Shown here piece by piece: positions 19,647 to 30,292 of a DNA stretch of 64,000 bases. Below the pieces are notes generated by a model. The model was not told the DNA's origin and did not search any database. It worked only from the letters and a program-made list of their open reading frames with translations. This DNA comes from Sedimentisphaerales bacterium (GTDB lineage Bacteria > Planctomycetota > Phycisphaerae > Sedimentisphaerales > SM23-30). The DNA lies in the NCBI GenBank assembly GCA_963663965.2, contig CAXXFK010000025.1, positions 32,001-96,000 of the forward strand. The letters run 5' to 3'. A program made the translations under genes and the position numbers. Numbering within the stretch: position 1 is the stretch's first letter; each line of letters starts with the position of its first letter.

Positions 19647-21629
19647 TTACTCCGCCACCCTCAAAACCGTCAGCGAATAAGGCTTCAGCGTATAATGCAG
19701 GTCCGCGCCGTTCCAGGCCTCCTGAACCGGCGCGATTTTCTTCGGCTCACGGATCGAGTTTTCATCATCCGGATGTCCGGCCAGTACCAGCGCCTGACTG
19801 CCGGCTCCCGGCTGCTTGATGCCATCGATCACCAGCGCCACCTCAACCGGATCCGCACCCGGATTCACCACCTTCACAATCGTCTGCCCCGTACTTTCCT
19901 CCAGGCAGGCCGATGCCGGCAACAGCATCCCATCCGCACCGGTTACTTTAATCGGCAACTCACAATCCCCCCGGTTCAAGCTGAACATCTGCTGCACATA
20001 ATAGTTAGGCGTGGCATAAGCCGTCAGATTATCGTACCAGAACAGGTTCGGCTTCCATTGCCACCCATCCACATGCCCGGCCATCGGCGCGTACGATGAC
20101 ATCACCACCACCGCCGCGTTCCGTTCCATTCCGGTCATGAAACTCGCCTCCGCCAGTGCGCATTTCAAATTATTACGGTTATCAGGACTGCCCACAAAAT
20201 GGCTCATCGCCGCGTATTCACCCACGAACAGCTTCGGCCCTTGCCGGTCATATTTATCATAATAGTGTGCATTGTGATAGAACCAGTCGGCCGGCCGATA
20301 AAAATGCTCATCCACAATATCCGGCTTGAGTACACGCCACTGTGACCAGAGATAATCCACCTCCGCCGGCCCGTTTGGAAAAATCGCCGGGTCCGAACCG
20401 GTCGCCGCGATCAATTGCACGTCTGGATATTTCTCTTTCAGCGCCTTGGCGAAAATCTGATAGCGTTCCACATACTGCGGCCCCCACTGCTCATTGCCCA
20501 CGCCCAGGTATTTCATATTAAACGGCGCCGGATGCCCCATCGTCGCTCGCAGCCGGCCCCAGCGCGAGTCGGCCGGGCCATTGGCAAACTCGATCAGATC
20601 CAGCGCGTCCTGAACATACGGCCCCAGCTTTTCCACCGCTACCGTCTGACCGGTATTAAACTGACAGGCCATCCCGCAATTGATAATCGGCATCGGCTCG
20701 GCCCCGATCTGCTCGGCCAGCTCGAAATATTCAAAAAAGCCCAGACCGAACGACTGGAAATAATCCGGTGTCAGCCGGTGCTTGAATTCGATATTCCAGC
20801 GATTGATCAGAACCTGCCGGTCATCGAGATCGCCCACGGTCTTCTTCCACTGGTAGCGGGTCGCCAGGTTGAATCCTTCCACGATACACCCGCCCGGAAA
20901 ACGCAGAAATCCCGGCTTCATCGCCGCCATCATCGCGACTAAATCCGCCCGCAACCCCGGTACCATCCGGCCATACATCTGGCGGGCCGTATTCTCCGGA
21001 AAAAGTGAAATACTATCCAGGTCAATAGTCCCTTTGGAGATCGCCGTGACAATCAGTCGTCCTTTCATGCCGGTCGCCCGGGCCTTCATCTGGAAACAAT
21101 GATGCTGCCAGTTCCCGGCTTCCGCGGTAAATTTCCCGCTTAATAACGTCTGACCATTCTCCGCCACTACCTCCACTCGTACCCGCATCTCTGGCTCACT
21201 GGTTCGCGACCAGGTCGTAAAATAATACGATTGGTCCTGCTTGATGCCAATTCCGCGATAACCTTCGTTGCAGATCCCCACTTCAGCCCGGTCTTTTTTC
21301 ACTTCCATGCGTAAACAGCGCGCGTTGGCTTCTTCATATTTTTCCTTTTGGATCACCACTATCGAGCCTGCCTTGGGATCTTCATTCACCTTTGACCAGC
21401 CCATCATGGCGTCCGGAAACTCAAACGACCGGTTTTTCACCAGCTCGGCGTACAACCCGCCATCCCCGATAAAATTGATATCTTCGATAAACAGCCCCCA
21501 CATCGTCGGCGCAATCTTCGCGCCTGGATGCTCACGATCCACACTGATTGTCGTCGCCCCCGATAGCGGCAAACTAATACAAATAACTAACAGACAGACT
21601 ACGACCATACTTAAACGTGCTTTTTTCAT
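19647..21629 (-). CDS. Alpha-L-arabinofuranosidase (GH51)
   Basis: EDINFIGDGGLYAELVKNRSFE, FLRFPGGC, GVGNEQWG, DEHFY, FVGEYA, MERNA. Confidence 0.92.
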   Translation of the reverse strand: MKKARLSMVVVCLLVICISLPLSGATTISVDREHPGAKIAPTMWGLFIEDINFIGDGGLYAELVKNRSFEFPDAMMGWSKVNEDPKAGSIVVIQKEKYEEANARCLRMEVKKDRAEVGICNEGYRGIGIKQDQSYYFTTWSRTSEPEMRVRVEVVAENGQTLLSGKFTAEAGNWQHHCFQMKARATGMKGRLIVTAISKGTIDLDSISLFPENTARQMYGRMVPGLRADLVAMMAAMKPGFLRFPGGCIVEGFNLATRYQWKKTVGDLDDRQVLINRWNIEFKHRLTPDYFQSFGLGFFEYFELAEQIGAEPMPIINCGMACQFNTGQTVAVEKLGPYVQDALDLIEFANGPADSRWGRLRATMGHPAPFNMKYLGVGNEQWGPQYVERYQIFAKALKEKYPDVQLIAATGSDPAIFPNGPAEVDYLWSQWRVLKPDIVDEHFYRPADWFYHNAHYYDKYDRQGPKLFVGEYAAMSHFVGSPDNRNNLKCALAEASFMTGMERNAAVVVMSSYAPMAGHVDGWQWKPNLFWYDNLTAYATPNYYVQQMFSLNRGDCELPIKVTGADGMLLPASACLEESTGQTIVKVVNPGADPVEVALVIDGIKQPGAGSQALVLAGHPDDENSIREPKKIAPVQEAWNGADLHYTLKPYSLTVLRVAE

Positions 21630-21770
21630 ATCGATCCTTTCAGCAACAAATAATCGTTGTTGTCAACAAAATGGCCTTTGTCTGAATTTTAATCCGATTC
21701 TGTTGATTTCGCAACTGTTTAAATCGCTACTCGCCTCACTGGCTGGCCCAGGAAGCGGCCCTTCCGATCC

Positions 21771-22376
21771 TCAAGCGCAGTTCTGAATATGCCGGACCGT
21801 CTCAATCAAGGCCTGTCTGCCCATTTCCAGTGTGATAAAAGGCCGATCCTTATCGCAGGCAATCACCTGACTGCTGATCATCGGCAGATGTAAAAAACCG
21901 CATCGCATCCCGTTGCCGGTCTTTTCCGCCAGCCTCAACGCCGAATAAAGAATATGATTACACAAATGAACGCCTGCATAGTAAGAATCCGCCGCCGGAA
22001 TGCCCGCCTCGCACAATCGTTTGGCCAGACTGTCCCGGCCCGGCAAATTCACCCAACAGGCGGCCGGGCCGTCCGTTGCGATGATCTTCCCTTTGAAGAT
22101 ATTGATCGCCAGCGTCTCTACGGTCACCCGCGGTCTTTCCGGCGATTGACCACAAAATAAACAGACGTCCGGGGCATGTTCATTAATAATCCGGTCCAAC
22201 TCTGCCAGCATCGTTCGTTGCTGAGTGTCATCATCGCCATTTTCAAAAGCGACGATCTCTAAAATGATACTGTCCCAGCCTTCCGGCCGGTCCCGGCGAA
22301 GTGAATCGATCAATAACTGGGTACTGTTTTCACGATGGGTGTCATAAGGTGGAAAACCGGTTACCAGTATCTTCAT
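21771..22376 (-). CDS. pcp: Pyroglutamyl-peptidase I (C15)
   Basis: ILVTGFPPY...NS, DGPAA, AGVHLCNH (catalytic Cys), GFLHLP. Confidence 0.85.
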   Translation of the reverse strand: MKILVTGFPPYDTHRENSTQLLIDSLRRDRPEGWDSIILEIVAFENGDDDTQQRTMLAELDRIINEHAPDVCLFCGQSPERPRVTVETLAINIFKGKIIATDGPAACWVNLPGRDSLAKRLCEAGIPAADSYYAGVHLCNHILYSALRLAEKTGNGMRCGFLHLPMISSQVIACDKDRPFITLEMGRQALIETVRHIQNCA

Positions 22377-22407
22377 GGTGGTATACTCTTGGTCTCTTCA
22401 GATAATT

Positions 22408-23214
22408 TTAATGATTGGATGGCGGTCCGGCCGGCATTGACACGGCCTTAATGCTTTTAGTTTCAGCAGAAATTTCCGATAACGGCTTGGGAATAATCGT
22501 TGTCAATATTGCTTGCATTATCTGATCGACAAATTGACCTAACTCACTCTTTTTTTCTGGTAATAAAGGTGGGGGAGTGTCCCCGTCAGCTTCCTTGATG
22601 TTAGCTGGTACATTCTCAACGGCGTTATCAGAAAAATCAATTCCCGTTCTGGCCGACAAACTCCGTGTCGCCAGGATGCGGCCGGTTTCAGGCTCCACGA
22701 AAGTCACAATGATTGTCATATCCGGCGGCAGGGGATCATTCGGATCGACCGCGACCAATGCATCTATAGGGTGGTTTTTATTAAGCAGGTCCGGCCGGTA
22801 CAGGGTGATACCGGCGGCGGGGGGGGTGGCTGCCGGACGGTTCCCGGTCCCGGTTGACGCCAGCGGCACATGAAACGTGCCATAGCTCTGTTTTCCTCCC
22901 GATATCCTCGCCATGACCCGCACCTGCTGCCCGGCTTCCGCCTTGATCCGCGTCGAAAAGCCGCCGTCACTCCGCAAGGTAATCGGTACCCGCACTTTGC
23001 TGGACAAATTTTCAATATAAAACGAGGTCGGCGGCGATGAACTGGTTACCGCGCCTCCGTTGCCTGCTACCGCTACAATCCCGCTGCTGTTGGGAGCCGA
23101 TACCGTAATCAGATCCTTGTGGACTTTCACATGCAATTGACCGGCCGCCGGTAACGCCCATCCCAGAACCACAATCCCTACCCACACCCCGACCCTCGTC
23201 ACAATCCGGTGCAT
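22408..23214 (-). CDS. Exported hypothetical protein
   Basis: GGAGG RBS before ATG 23214; signal peptide MHRIVTRVGVWVGIVVLGWALPAAG; overlaps the tsaE stop. Confidence 0.65.
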   Translation of the reverse strand: MHRIVTRVGVWVGIVVLGWALPAAGQLHVKVHKDLITVSAPNSSGIVAVAGNGGAVTSSSPPTSFYIENLSSKVRVPITLRSDGGFSTRIKAEAGQQVRVMARISGGKQSYGTFHVPLASTGTGNRPAATPPAAGITLYRPDLLNKNHPIDALVAVDPNDPLPPDMTIIVTFVEPETGRILATRSLSARTGIDFSDNAVENVPANIKEADGDTPPPLLPEKKSELGQFVDQIMQAILTTIIPKPLSEISAETKSIKAVSMPAGPPSNH

Positions 23215-23681
23215 AGCGCCTCCCAGAGATGACCGGGCAGATTCTTGATCAGAATTCCCCGGCTGGTTTCCCCTAAATGATTGATAAATACCCAGATCGC
23301 CTGATAATCCTTCAGAATATCCGGCACCTTGTCCGCCCATTCAACCACAACCACTGTCGGGCCGCAGCAGAATTCATCGAACCCCAGTCCTTCCAACTGT
23401 TGACTGCTCTCCAGCCGATAAGCGTCAATATGGTAAAGCTGATATCGGCCTTCATATTCGTTAATCAAGGTGAAAGTCGGACTGGTCACCTCGTCAGCGT
23501 TCCACACTTCCAGCCCGCTGGCCAGACCCTTGATAAAATGGGTTTTGCCCGCTCCCAGGTTGCCCGATAATGCCACGATTTCGCCGCCTTGCATCGCCTG
23601 GCCAAGCTTAAAGCCCAGTTCGATCGTCTGTTCTACCGATTCACTGGTCGACTCGAATATATGCCCATCGTCATGATCCAC
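23199..23681 (-). CDS. tsaE: tRNA threonylcarbamoyladenosine biosynthesis ATPase TsaE
   Basis: LSGNLGAGKT, VTSPTFTLINEY, HIDAYRL, VEWAD. Confidence 0.95.
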   Translation of the reverse strand: MDHDDGHIFESTSESVEQTIELGFKLGQAMQGGEIVALSGNLGAGKTHFIKGLASGLEVWNADEVTSPTFTLINEYEGRYQLYHIDAYRLESSQQLEGLGFDEFCCGPTVVVVEWADKVPDILKDYQAIWVFINHLGETSRGILIKNLPGHLWEALCTGL

Positions 23682-24633
23682 AAAAATGCTCCCATCCTCC
23701 GGGCTTAACCGGGGTTAGAGTGCCATCGTTATCACGCAGGACTACCGCATCCTTGTTTAAGTCAGCCGCTATTATCCGGCCAATCCGGGTTAATTGCAAG
23801 TCTGAAATTTCCGGCCATTCCGCCTGTAATCGTTCCCCGTCTTCGGCCCCCACACAAAACAGCAGCTCAAAATCCTCGCCATCATTCAAAGCGGCGCTCA
23901 ATGGATCGGGCCGGGCCCCGGCCGCCTTACTGATTGGAATAGCCCCGCGCTCCAGCGCTGCCGCCACCCCGCTGGCCTTGCAGATATGCCGCAAATCGCT
24001 GCTCAATCCGTCACTCAAGTCCATCATCGCGTGCAGATCCAACATTTTATAAAGAGTTCTTGCTTCCAGAACCCTTGGTATAAAGTTCAGATGATGTCCC
24101 GCCAGTGAGCCGCCCAGTGTGCCCGTCACAAAAATCGCATCGCCCACCCTTGCCCCACTGCGATAAACCGGCCGCTCACCTTCCGGCATGCGCCCCAGCA
24201 TCGTCACATTGATCGCCAGCGGCTTGTCCCAGCTGGTGGTATCCCCGCCTATCACCGGACAGTGATATTCCCCGGCCGCCTGCTCGATCCCATAATACAA
24301 CTCCCGGCAATCCGCCATACTCATCGCCCGCGGCAGCGCCACCGCAATCACCGCACCCACCGGCTCACACGCCATCGCCGCGCAATCGCTCAGACTGCAC
24401 GCCATCGCCTTATATCCCACCTGGCGCAAATCACATCGCTTCAGATCGAAATGCACCCCCTCCAGCAGCATATCCGTCGTCACCAGCACCGTCTGCCCGC
24501 CCAGTTCCATCACCGCCATATCATCCCCGATCCCAGCAGTCACATACCCCGGCATACCCGCCTGATGCTGCCGGATCCAGTCAATCAATCCAAATTCCGA
24601 TTTTGATTCATTCACAATGAATAACTTCTCCAA
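23671..24633 (-). CDS. thiL: Thiamine-phosphate kinase
   Basis: EFGLI, GIGDDMA, TTDMLLEGVHF, LSDCAAM, GGDT, MDLSDGL, GEDFELLF; the start may be slightly downstream. Confidence 0.95.
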   Translation of the reverse strand: MEKLFIVNESKSEFGLIDWIRQHQAGMPGYVTAGIGDDMAVMELGGQTVLVTTDMLLEGVHFDLKRCDLRQVGYKAMACSLSDCAAMACEPVGAVIAVALPRAMSMADCRELYYGIEQAAGEYHCPVIGGDTTSWDKPLAINVTMLGRMPEGERPVYRSGARVGDAIFVTGTLGGSLAGHHLNFIPRVLEARTLYKMLDLHAMMDLSDGLSSDLRHICKASGVAAALERGAIPISKAAGARPDPLSAALNDGEDFELLFCVGAEDGERLQAEWPEISDLQLTRIGRIIAADLNKDAVVLRDNDGTLTPVKPGGWEHFCGS

Positions 24634-24681
24634 TTTACAAATATTTGCGAAGAATAGACATGATAAATAGTTAATTTATAC

Positions 24682-25527
24682 TTACCACCAAAAATAAGGA
24701 TAATCAGTTCGTAAAACCATTTTATCGGTATGATCATCGAAATCACGGCATCTACCCTGACCAAAATTTACCCATTTAATATGACCATCCAGATAAGCCG
24801 TATTGCCCCCGGCCGGGATATCGAGATTGTTGGCTCGATGATTGGATTGATCTCTGATTCCCCATAGAGCATAGGCTCCTCCTTCGACATTGAAATAGTT
24901 TAGTCGGGCTCGGGCATCCTGGTCATCAGCAGGTGGCCCGGAACTCATGACGACATCGACGATAAGCTCCTGTTCTGAACCGTTGTCAACATCAAAAGTG
25001 GTAGGCAAAGGATGAAAGCCCGGTTTAAAATGGTGTTGGTCATCGTACCAATGTGAAGGCATGCTACTGTTTGGAGGTCGTATGATATTTAAAAAACTAT
25101 ATCCGATCACGCGATAATAAGAATCTCGATCCAAAGCGTTCGGCTCAGGAATATTGTCGGCAATGGGTAGATGATTCCATCCTTCGGAATAGCGCCAGAA
25201 TTTATTATCTAAATATTTGTAAGTTGCAGATGGGCAATAGAATGTGGCTTTTTGGCTGCCATAGGAGATTAATATATCGGTATCGGAATAAAAAATGTTA
25301 AAAAGCCAGGGCATACTTTTTCCTGGTTGGAGTGTGGGTAACTGATTTTGATTGTCTTGAGCGTAGCAATAATTAGACCGGAAATTGACCAGTTCATTGG
25401 TCATACAGATTTTCCTGCGATTTAATTCCGCTTTATACGGCGTAGAAGCCCCGATCATGAGGAAACTGATTGCCAGTAGAATGGCCAGTACCGCAAGATT
25501 TTTTAAGTCAAATTGCCTGGAATTCAT
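24682..25527 (-). CDS. Prepilin-like / H-X9-DG-type protein (degenerate N-terminus)
   Basis: Hydrophobic N-terminus, CMTN, FYCPS, C-terminal NH...GGNTAYLDGH. Confidence 0.7.
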   Translation of the reverse strand: MNSRQFDLKNLAVLAILLAISFLMIGASTPYKAELNRRKICMTNELVNFRSNYCYAQDNQNQLPTLQPGKSMPWLFNIFYSDTDILISYGSQKATFYCPSATYKYLDNKFWRYSEGWNHLPIADNIPEPNALDRDSYYRVIGYSFLNIIRPPNSSMPSHWYDDQHHFKPGFHPLPTTFDVDNGSEQELIVDVVMSSGPPADDQDARARLNYFNVEGGAYALWGIRDQSNHRANNLDIPAGGNTAYLDGHIKWVNFGQGRCRDFDDHTDKMVLRTDYPYFWW

Positions 25528-25561
25528 AATGATCCTTTTAAGATGGAATAAGAGGATTCAT

Positions 25562-27151
25562 TTATTGTAATAACAAAGTTATCCAGTCGCTACTGAATAT
25601 GCTAAGGTCCGCCGAATCAATATATTGATCGCTGTTTATATCACTTGGCAAATAAAACTGGATAGTATGCGTGCATAAATCAACGCTGGTTAAGGGATGC
25701 TTAAAATTGGGGTCGCTGCAATTCATCCAACTGGCTGTTAGCCAGGCAAAGTCTATTAGGTTGACCCGGCCATCCCGATTCAGATCGGCCCGATAAGTCA
25801 GGTCAAGGTTGGATGATAGGCAATTATCACTGGCAACGGCCCAGAGCAGTCCGTCTGAATCTGCCACAATCAGGGTATTATCTTTCGTGATAATCGGATA
25901 AGTGAGCCATTGTTTTCCGGTAAAACGGGTTGTTGCATGTCCTTGTGGATTCAGAATGGTCAGATCGCCATCTTCCCCGGCTGCATAAACAAAGCCGCTT
26001 CGGTCCACCGTCAGAAACTGGTTGCCCACTATGCCACAGGGCGTCTCCCACTTATGACTGCCATCGGGTGCGATGGCAATAATTTTGGATTGGCTCAGTG
26101 TGGTATATTTCATGGGTTCACGTAACAATGTTGACTCCAGACTAAAGTAGATTGTTTCATCTGGACCAACTGCCGGCGGTGTCCAGCATCGGGCATTCAG
26201 GATTGTTTTGAATGAATCATTCGGCGTTACGATATCGGAATAATCTTCAACCAGACTGGTTTGCCAGGATACGGTGCCATTGACACTATCAATAGCAAAC
26301 AGAATCGGATATTGGCTTGGCAATACATAGAGAGTATCTTGACTGTTGTTAAGTACGGGTGATATTTGAATCCCGATTTGTTGATTGGGTGGGAATCTTT
26401 CAGGTAACGTGAGATGCCATCGGTTTGAACCGTCTTTGGAATTCAGGGCATAAATTTGGTTCTGATAAAACTCAGTAACATAAATGGTGCCGTTCGCGTC
26501 AATGGCAGGGGATGCCACGATAGAGCTGGTCAATTGGCGATGCCAGATGAGGGTGCCTTGAGAATCCAGCAGATAAACCAGACCATTGACGGTTGTAATT
26601 AATATCCGATCGGAGGGCAGGGGAGTAATGGAGGTAATCGTATCGTCTGGGAAGTCTTTGTGCCAGATACCGGCGCCTTCCGGTGTCAGGGCTTCAAGTA
26701 TCGATTGATCGGAACTGATCAGTAGGATTCCATTATAGTCAACCGCCAGTGAGGTTAAATAATTCGTATTAATTGGGTAATCCCAGAGGATCACCCCGTC
26801 TTTATCTAAAGCAATCAGTTTGTTATTATCAGCGACTAAATATATCTGTCCGTCAAGACCTATAACGGGCGAGGTAAGAATGCTGCCGCCGACTGGACAA
26901 CTCCATTTGACGCAACCCATGCGGGGGCCGATAAAAGAGCTTTGCGATTGGCGTGCCAGCGACCCAAAGGGAACCGGCCAGACTGGCTGATTGGATAAAC
27001 ATGGTTCAGAAATACCCAGAGCTAAAATTAGCGCTAAGTATGTGTAATTAAATAGATTAACAAAATGTCTGAATGATGATGTTTCTTTGCCTGGCCGATT
27101 CGAACTCGAAATATGAGCCCTTAAAGACATAACCAAAATATTTTCCTCCAA
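25562..27151 (-). CDS. PQQ-like beta-propeller protein with dockerin-like C-terminal repeats
   Basis: SPVIGLDG / SPAIDANG / G-x-x-x-W repeats; ADLNRDGRVNLIDF and SDINSDQYIDSADL; start uncertain. Confidence 0.75.
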   Translation of the reverse strand: MEENILVMSLRAHISSSNRPGKETSSFRHFVNLFNYTYLALILALGISEPCLSNQPVWPVPFGSLARQSQSSFIGPRMGCVKWSCPVGGSILTSPVIGLDGQIYLVADNNKLIALDKDGVILWDYPINTNYLTSLAVDYNGILLISSDQSILEALTPEGAGIWHKDFPDDTITSITPLPSDRILITTVNGLVYLLDSQGTLIWHRQLTSSIVASPAIDANGTIYVTEFYQNQIYALNSKDGSNRWHLTLPERFPPNQQIGIQISPVLNNSQDTLYVLPSQYPILFAIDSVNGTVSWQTSLVEDYSDIVTPNDSFKTILNARCWTPPAVGPDETIYFSLESTLLREPMKYTTLSQSKIIAIAPDGSHKWETPCGIVGNQFLTVDRSGFVYAAGEDGDLTILNPQGHATTRFTGKQWLTYPIITKDNTLIVADSDGLLWAVASDNCLSSNLDLTYRADLNRDGRVNLIDFAWLTASWMNCSDPNFKHPLTSVDLCTHTIQFYLPSDINSDQYIDSADLSIFSSDWITLLLQ

Positions 27152-27325
27152 ATTCAGGATGCTATCGTAATAACAAACTTTGTTTATATTACCAAAAAAG
27201 CAGTAATGAGTAAAGACAAAAGAGTGAATCGCTGGAACGAGGAAACAGTCTTTTTACGGTTAATAACGGGCGCAATACTATTTTTAACCGATGAAACCTG
27301 AGGGAGATATTTATCTATACACAGA

Positions 27326-28708
27326 TCATTTCAATTTCCGCTTCCAGAACGCCAGTTGCTGCTTAAGCTGTTTCTTGCCGGCCGAACCTTTCACCTGGTA
27401 ACGGGCCACCACATTGCCCGTACTCAAATACCGGTAAACATCGGCTTCAATCTTTTGACAGGTCGCCTGATAATCCGCCAGCGGTATCTGAGCCAGCGTC
27501 AACCCCTTGGCTTCCGCCTCACTGACCAGTTTACCGACATAATGATGCGCCTGCCGGAACGGGATCCCTTTGCCCACCAGGTATTCCGCCAGCACCGTCG
27601 CGTCCAGAAATCCTTCTTCCAGTCCATCGGCAATCCCATCCGGCTTAAATGCCGTATTCGCCACCACCGCCGCCGCCATCTGGATACACGCCAGCACGGT
27701 ATCGTTCGCGTCAAAGACCTGTTTCTTATCTTCCTGCATGTCCCGGTTATAACCCGCCGGCAACCCCTTCAGCATCGTCAGCAGCGCCATCAGATTACCA
27801 TACACTCCGCCGCACTTGCCGCGAATCAGTTCCATCATATCCGGGTTCCGCTTCTGCGGCATCATGCTGCTGCCGGTACTGTAGGCGTCCGCGATCCGGA
27901 TAAAGCCAAATTCCTGCGAACAGAACAATATCCAGTCCTCCGCCAGCCGCGACAGATGCGTCGCCGTCAGCGAACAGGCAAACACATATTCCGCACAGAA
28001 ATCCCGGTCACTGATACTGTCGATACTGTTGCGGGTGATCGCTGGAAAATCCAGCAGCTTCGCCGTCAGATCCCGGTCCAGCGGCAAGGTGCTGCCCGCC
28101 AGCGCGCCGCTGCCCAGCGGACACACATTCGCCCGTTTCCGCGAATCTTCAAACCGCTCCTTGTCACGTTGCAGTTGCTCCACAAAAACCAGCAGATAAT
28201 GACCCGCCAATACCGGCTGCGCCCGCTGCAAATGGGTATAACCCGGCATGATCAAATCCCCGTATTCTTCCGCTTTGACGGCCAGTACCCGTTGCAAATT
28301 GTTAATCGCCGCGATCATCTCATCGATCGCCTGACGCGTCCACAGCCGCATATCCAGCGCCACCTGATCATTGCGGCTCCGCCCGGTATGCAGTTTCTTG
28401 CCGGCGTCCCCGATTCGGTTGATCAATTCCGCCTCGATCACCATATGAATATCTTCAAACCGCTTGTCGAAAACAAACCGGCCCGCCTCAATATCCGACT
28501 GGATACCCAGCAATCCCTTGCGGATCTTGGCGTATTCACCCTTGGTTATCAGACCTTGCTCGCACAGCATCCCCGCATGAGCGATACTCCCGGCAATATC
28601 ATGCCGATACAGTCGATGATCCACGCTGATTGATTCCACAAAATCGACCGCAATTTCGGCCTGGTCCTGGGCCATCCGGCTCTGCCAGCTTTTGTTATCT
28701 TTTTTCAT
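27326..28708 (-). CDS. argH: Argininosuccinate lyase
   Basis: EDIH, LHTGRSRNDQ, PGYTHLQRAQP, GSSMMPQKRNPD, YNRDMQEDK. Confidence 0.97.
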   Translation of the reverse strand: MKKDNKSWQSRMAQDQAEIAVDFVESISVDHRLYRHDIAGSIAHAGMLCEQGLITKGEYAKIRKGLLGIQSDIEAGRFVFDKRFEDIHMVIEAELINRIGDAGKKLHTGRSRNDQVALDMRLWTRQAIDEMIAAINNLQRVLAVKAEEYGDLIMPGYTHLQRAQPVLAGHYLLVFVEQLQRDKERFEDSRKRANVCPLGSGALAGSTLPLDRDLTAKLLDFPAITRNSIDSISDRDFCAEYVFACSLTATHLSRLAEDWILFCSQEFGFIRIADAYSTGSSMMPQKRNPDMMELIRGKCGGVYGNLMALLTMLKGLPAGYNRDMQEDKKQVFDANDTVLACIQMAAAVVANTAFKPDGIADGLEEGFLDATVLAEYLVGKGIPFRQAHHYVGKLVSEAEAKGLTLAQIPLADYQATCQKIEADVYRYLSTGNVVARYQVKGSAGKKQLKQQLAFWKRKLK

Positions 28709-28946
28709 AGCAGGTACTTCCAAATTCCATTGACGGATTTATCCCTGTCAGGTAAACTAATGGACTATAATGTAAGGGTATCATCCTAAGCGGTGATGCC
28801 GATACTGTCAATCTTTCGTTTCGTGATTACGCCTCTGGACGGTTGTTGCGTAGGGGGGCCGAAACGAAGAGAACCCTCCTGGACTGGGTATGGTAACCGT
28901 TTTCCTGGAAAAGAGTTATCAATACCAATCCGTAAATAGATTTTAA

Positions 28947-30278
28947 ATGACCCAAAAACCTGAAACAACTGAATATGTCAACCTGCAAGGCTCCGACGCC
29001 GGCCGGCTGCTCGGCCATCTGGACAAGCGTGTGCGTCAGCTCAACGAAGACCTCACCAGTGTCCACGAAACCAGCCGATTGCTCACCAGCCCGATGGATT
29101 TGCCTCAGGTTCTTAATATGGTGGTAAAAACCGTTGCCGAAGCACTCCATATGGACGCTGCCGGTTTGCGCCTGCTCGATGAAGAATCCGGCCAACTGAT
29201 CCTCAAGGCCACCTTTGGACTTTCTTCGCAATATACCAATAAAGGCCCCGTCACGGCCGCCGAAAGTTCACTCAACGAACGCGCCTTGCGCGGCGAAGTG
29301 ATTATCGTCGATGACATGCGCACTCATGAGCATTTTGCCCGTTATCGTGACCAGGTCATCGCCGAAGGCATTATCTCCAGCATCAGTATCGGCCTGATCT
29401 ACAAAGGCAAAGGCATCGGTATCCTGCGGCTCTATTGCAAGCATTACCGCCAGTTCTCCTACGAAGATATCTCCCTGGCCCGTACCGTTGCCGCTCAGTC
29501 AGCCGCCGCTATCATGAACGCCCGCCTTTATCGCGAAGCGCTCGAAGGCGAACGGCTCGCCCGCCAGATGAAACTCGCCGGCACCGTCCAGCGCCACCTG
29601 ATTCCCCAGAACTCGCCCGTGATCGAAGGTCTGGATGTGGCCGGGGTCTACGTACCCTGCTACGATGTCGGCGGTGACTTCTACGATTTCATCCGGCTGG
29701 CCGATGGCAAACTGATTATCATCCTGGGCGATGTCATGGGCAAAGGGGTGCCCGCCTCCTTGCGAATGGCCTCGCTGCGCGCCGCGTTTCGCGCCTACGC
29801 CGAAACCTCGCTCACCGTCACCGAACTGATCGAGCGCGTCAACCATATGTTCAGCAACGATGTCGAACTCGGCGAGTTCGCCACCGCCTTTTGCTGCATG
29901 GTCGATCCCCACACCCGGCGAATGATCTATTGCAACTGCGGCCACGACCCGCCCATCCGCGTCAATACCGACGGCAAAGTCGATCGCCTGATCGGCGGCG
30001 GCACCATTCTCGGCCTGTCGCCCGATTCTATCTACAATCCCGTAGAAATCGAACTGTTTCCCAACGATATGATTGTCATGTTCACTGACGGTCTGCCCGA
30101 CGCGGTCAATTTCCAAAGTGAAAAATTTGGCGCTTTGCGGATCGAAGCCGCCGCGCGCGAATGTGTCCGGCTCAACGCCGAACAGGCCGCCAAAAGTATT
30201 ATCTGGCAGATGCGTAAGTTTGCCGGACTGACACGCCGCTACGACGACACCGCTGTGGTCGTCATGCGCAAAACCTGA
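28947..30278 (+). CDS. GAF-domain PP2C/SpoIIE (RsbU-like) phosphatase
   Basis: GAF region followed by VGGDFYD, GDVMGKG, NCGH, FTDGL, DDTA. Confidence 0.9.
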   Translation: MTQKPETTEYVNLQGSDAGRLLGHLDKRVRQLNEDLTSVHETSRLLTSPMDLPQVLNMVVKTVAEALHMDAAGLRLLDEESGQLILKATFGLSSQYTNKGPVTAAESSLNERALRGEVIIVDDMRTHEHFARYRDQVIAEGIISSISIGLIYKGKGIGILRLYCKHYRQFSYEDISLARTVAAQSAAAIMNARLYREALEGERLARQMKLAGTVQRHLIPQNSPVIEGLDVAGVYVPCYDVGGDFYDFIRLADGKLIIILGDVMGKGVPASLRMASLRAAFRAYAETSLTVTELIERVNHMFSNDVELGEFATAFCCMVDPHTRRMIYCNCGHDPPIRVNTDGKVDRLIGGGTILGLSPDSIYNPVEIELFPNDMIVMFTDGLPDAVNFQSEKFGALRIEAAARECVRLNAEQAAKSIIWQMRKFAGLTRRYDDTAVVVMRKT

Positions 30279-30292
30279 TTCATCAATGGAGT

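Noticed and set aside
22819..22826. G8 tract as a phase-variation switch
   Set aside because: In frame within a Pro/Ala linker; a single sequence gives no evidence of variation.
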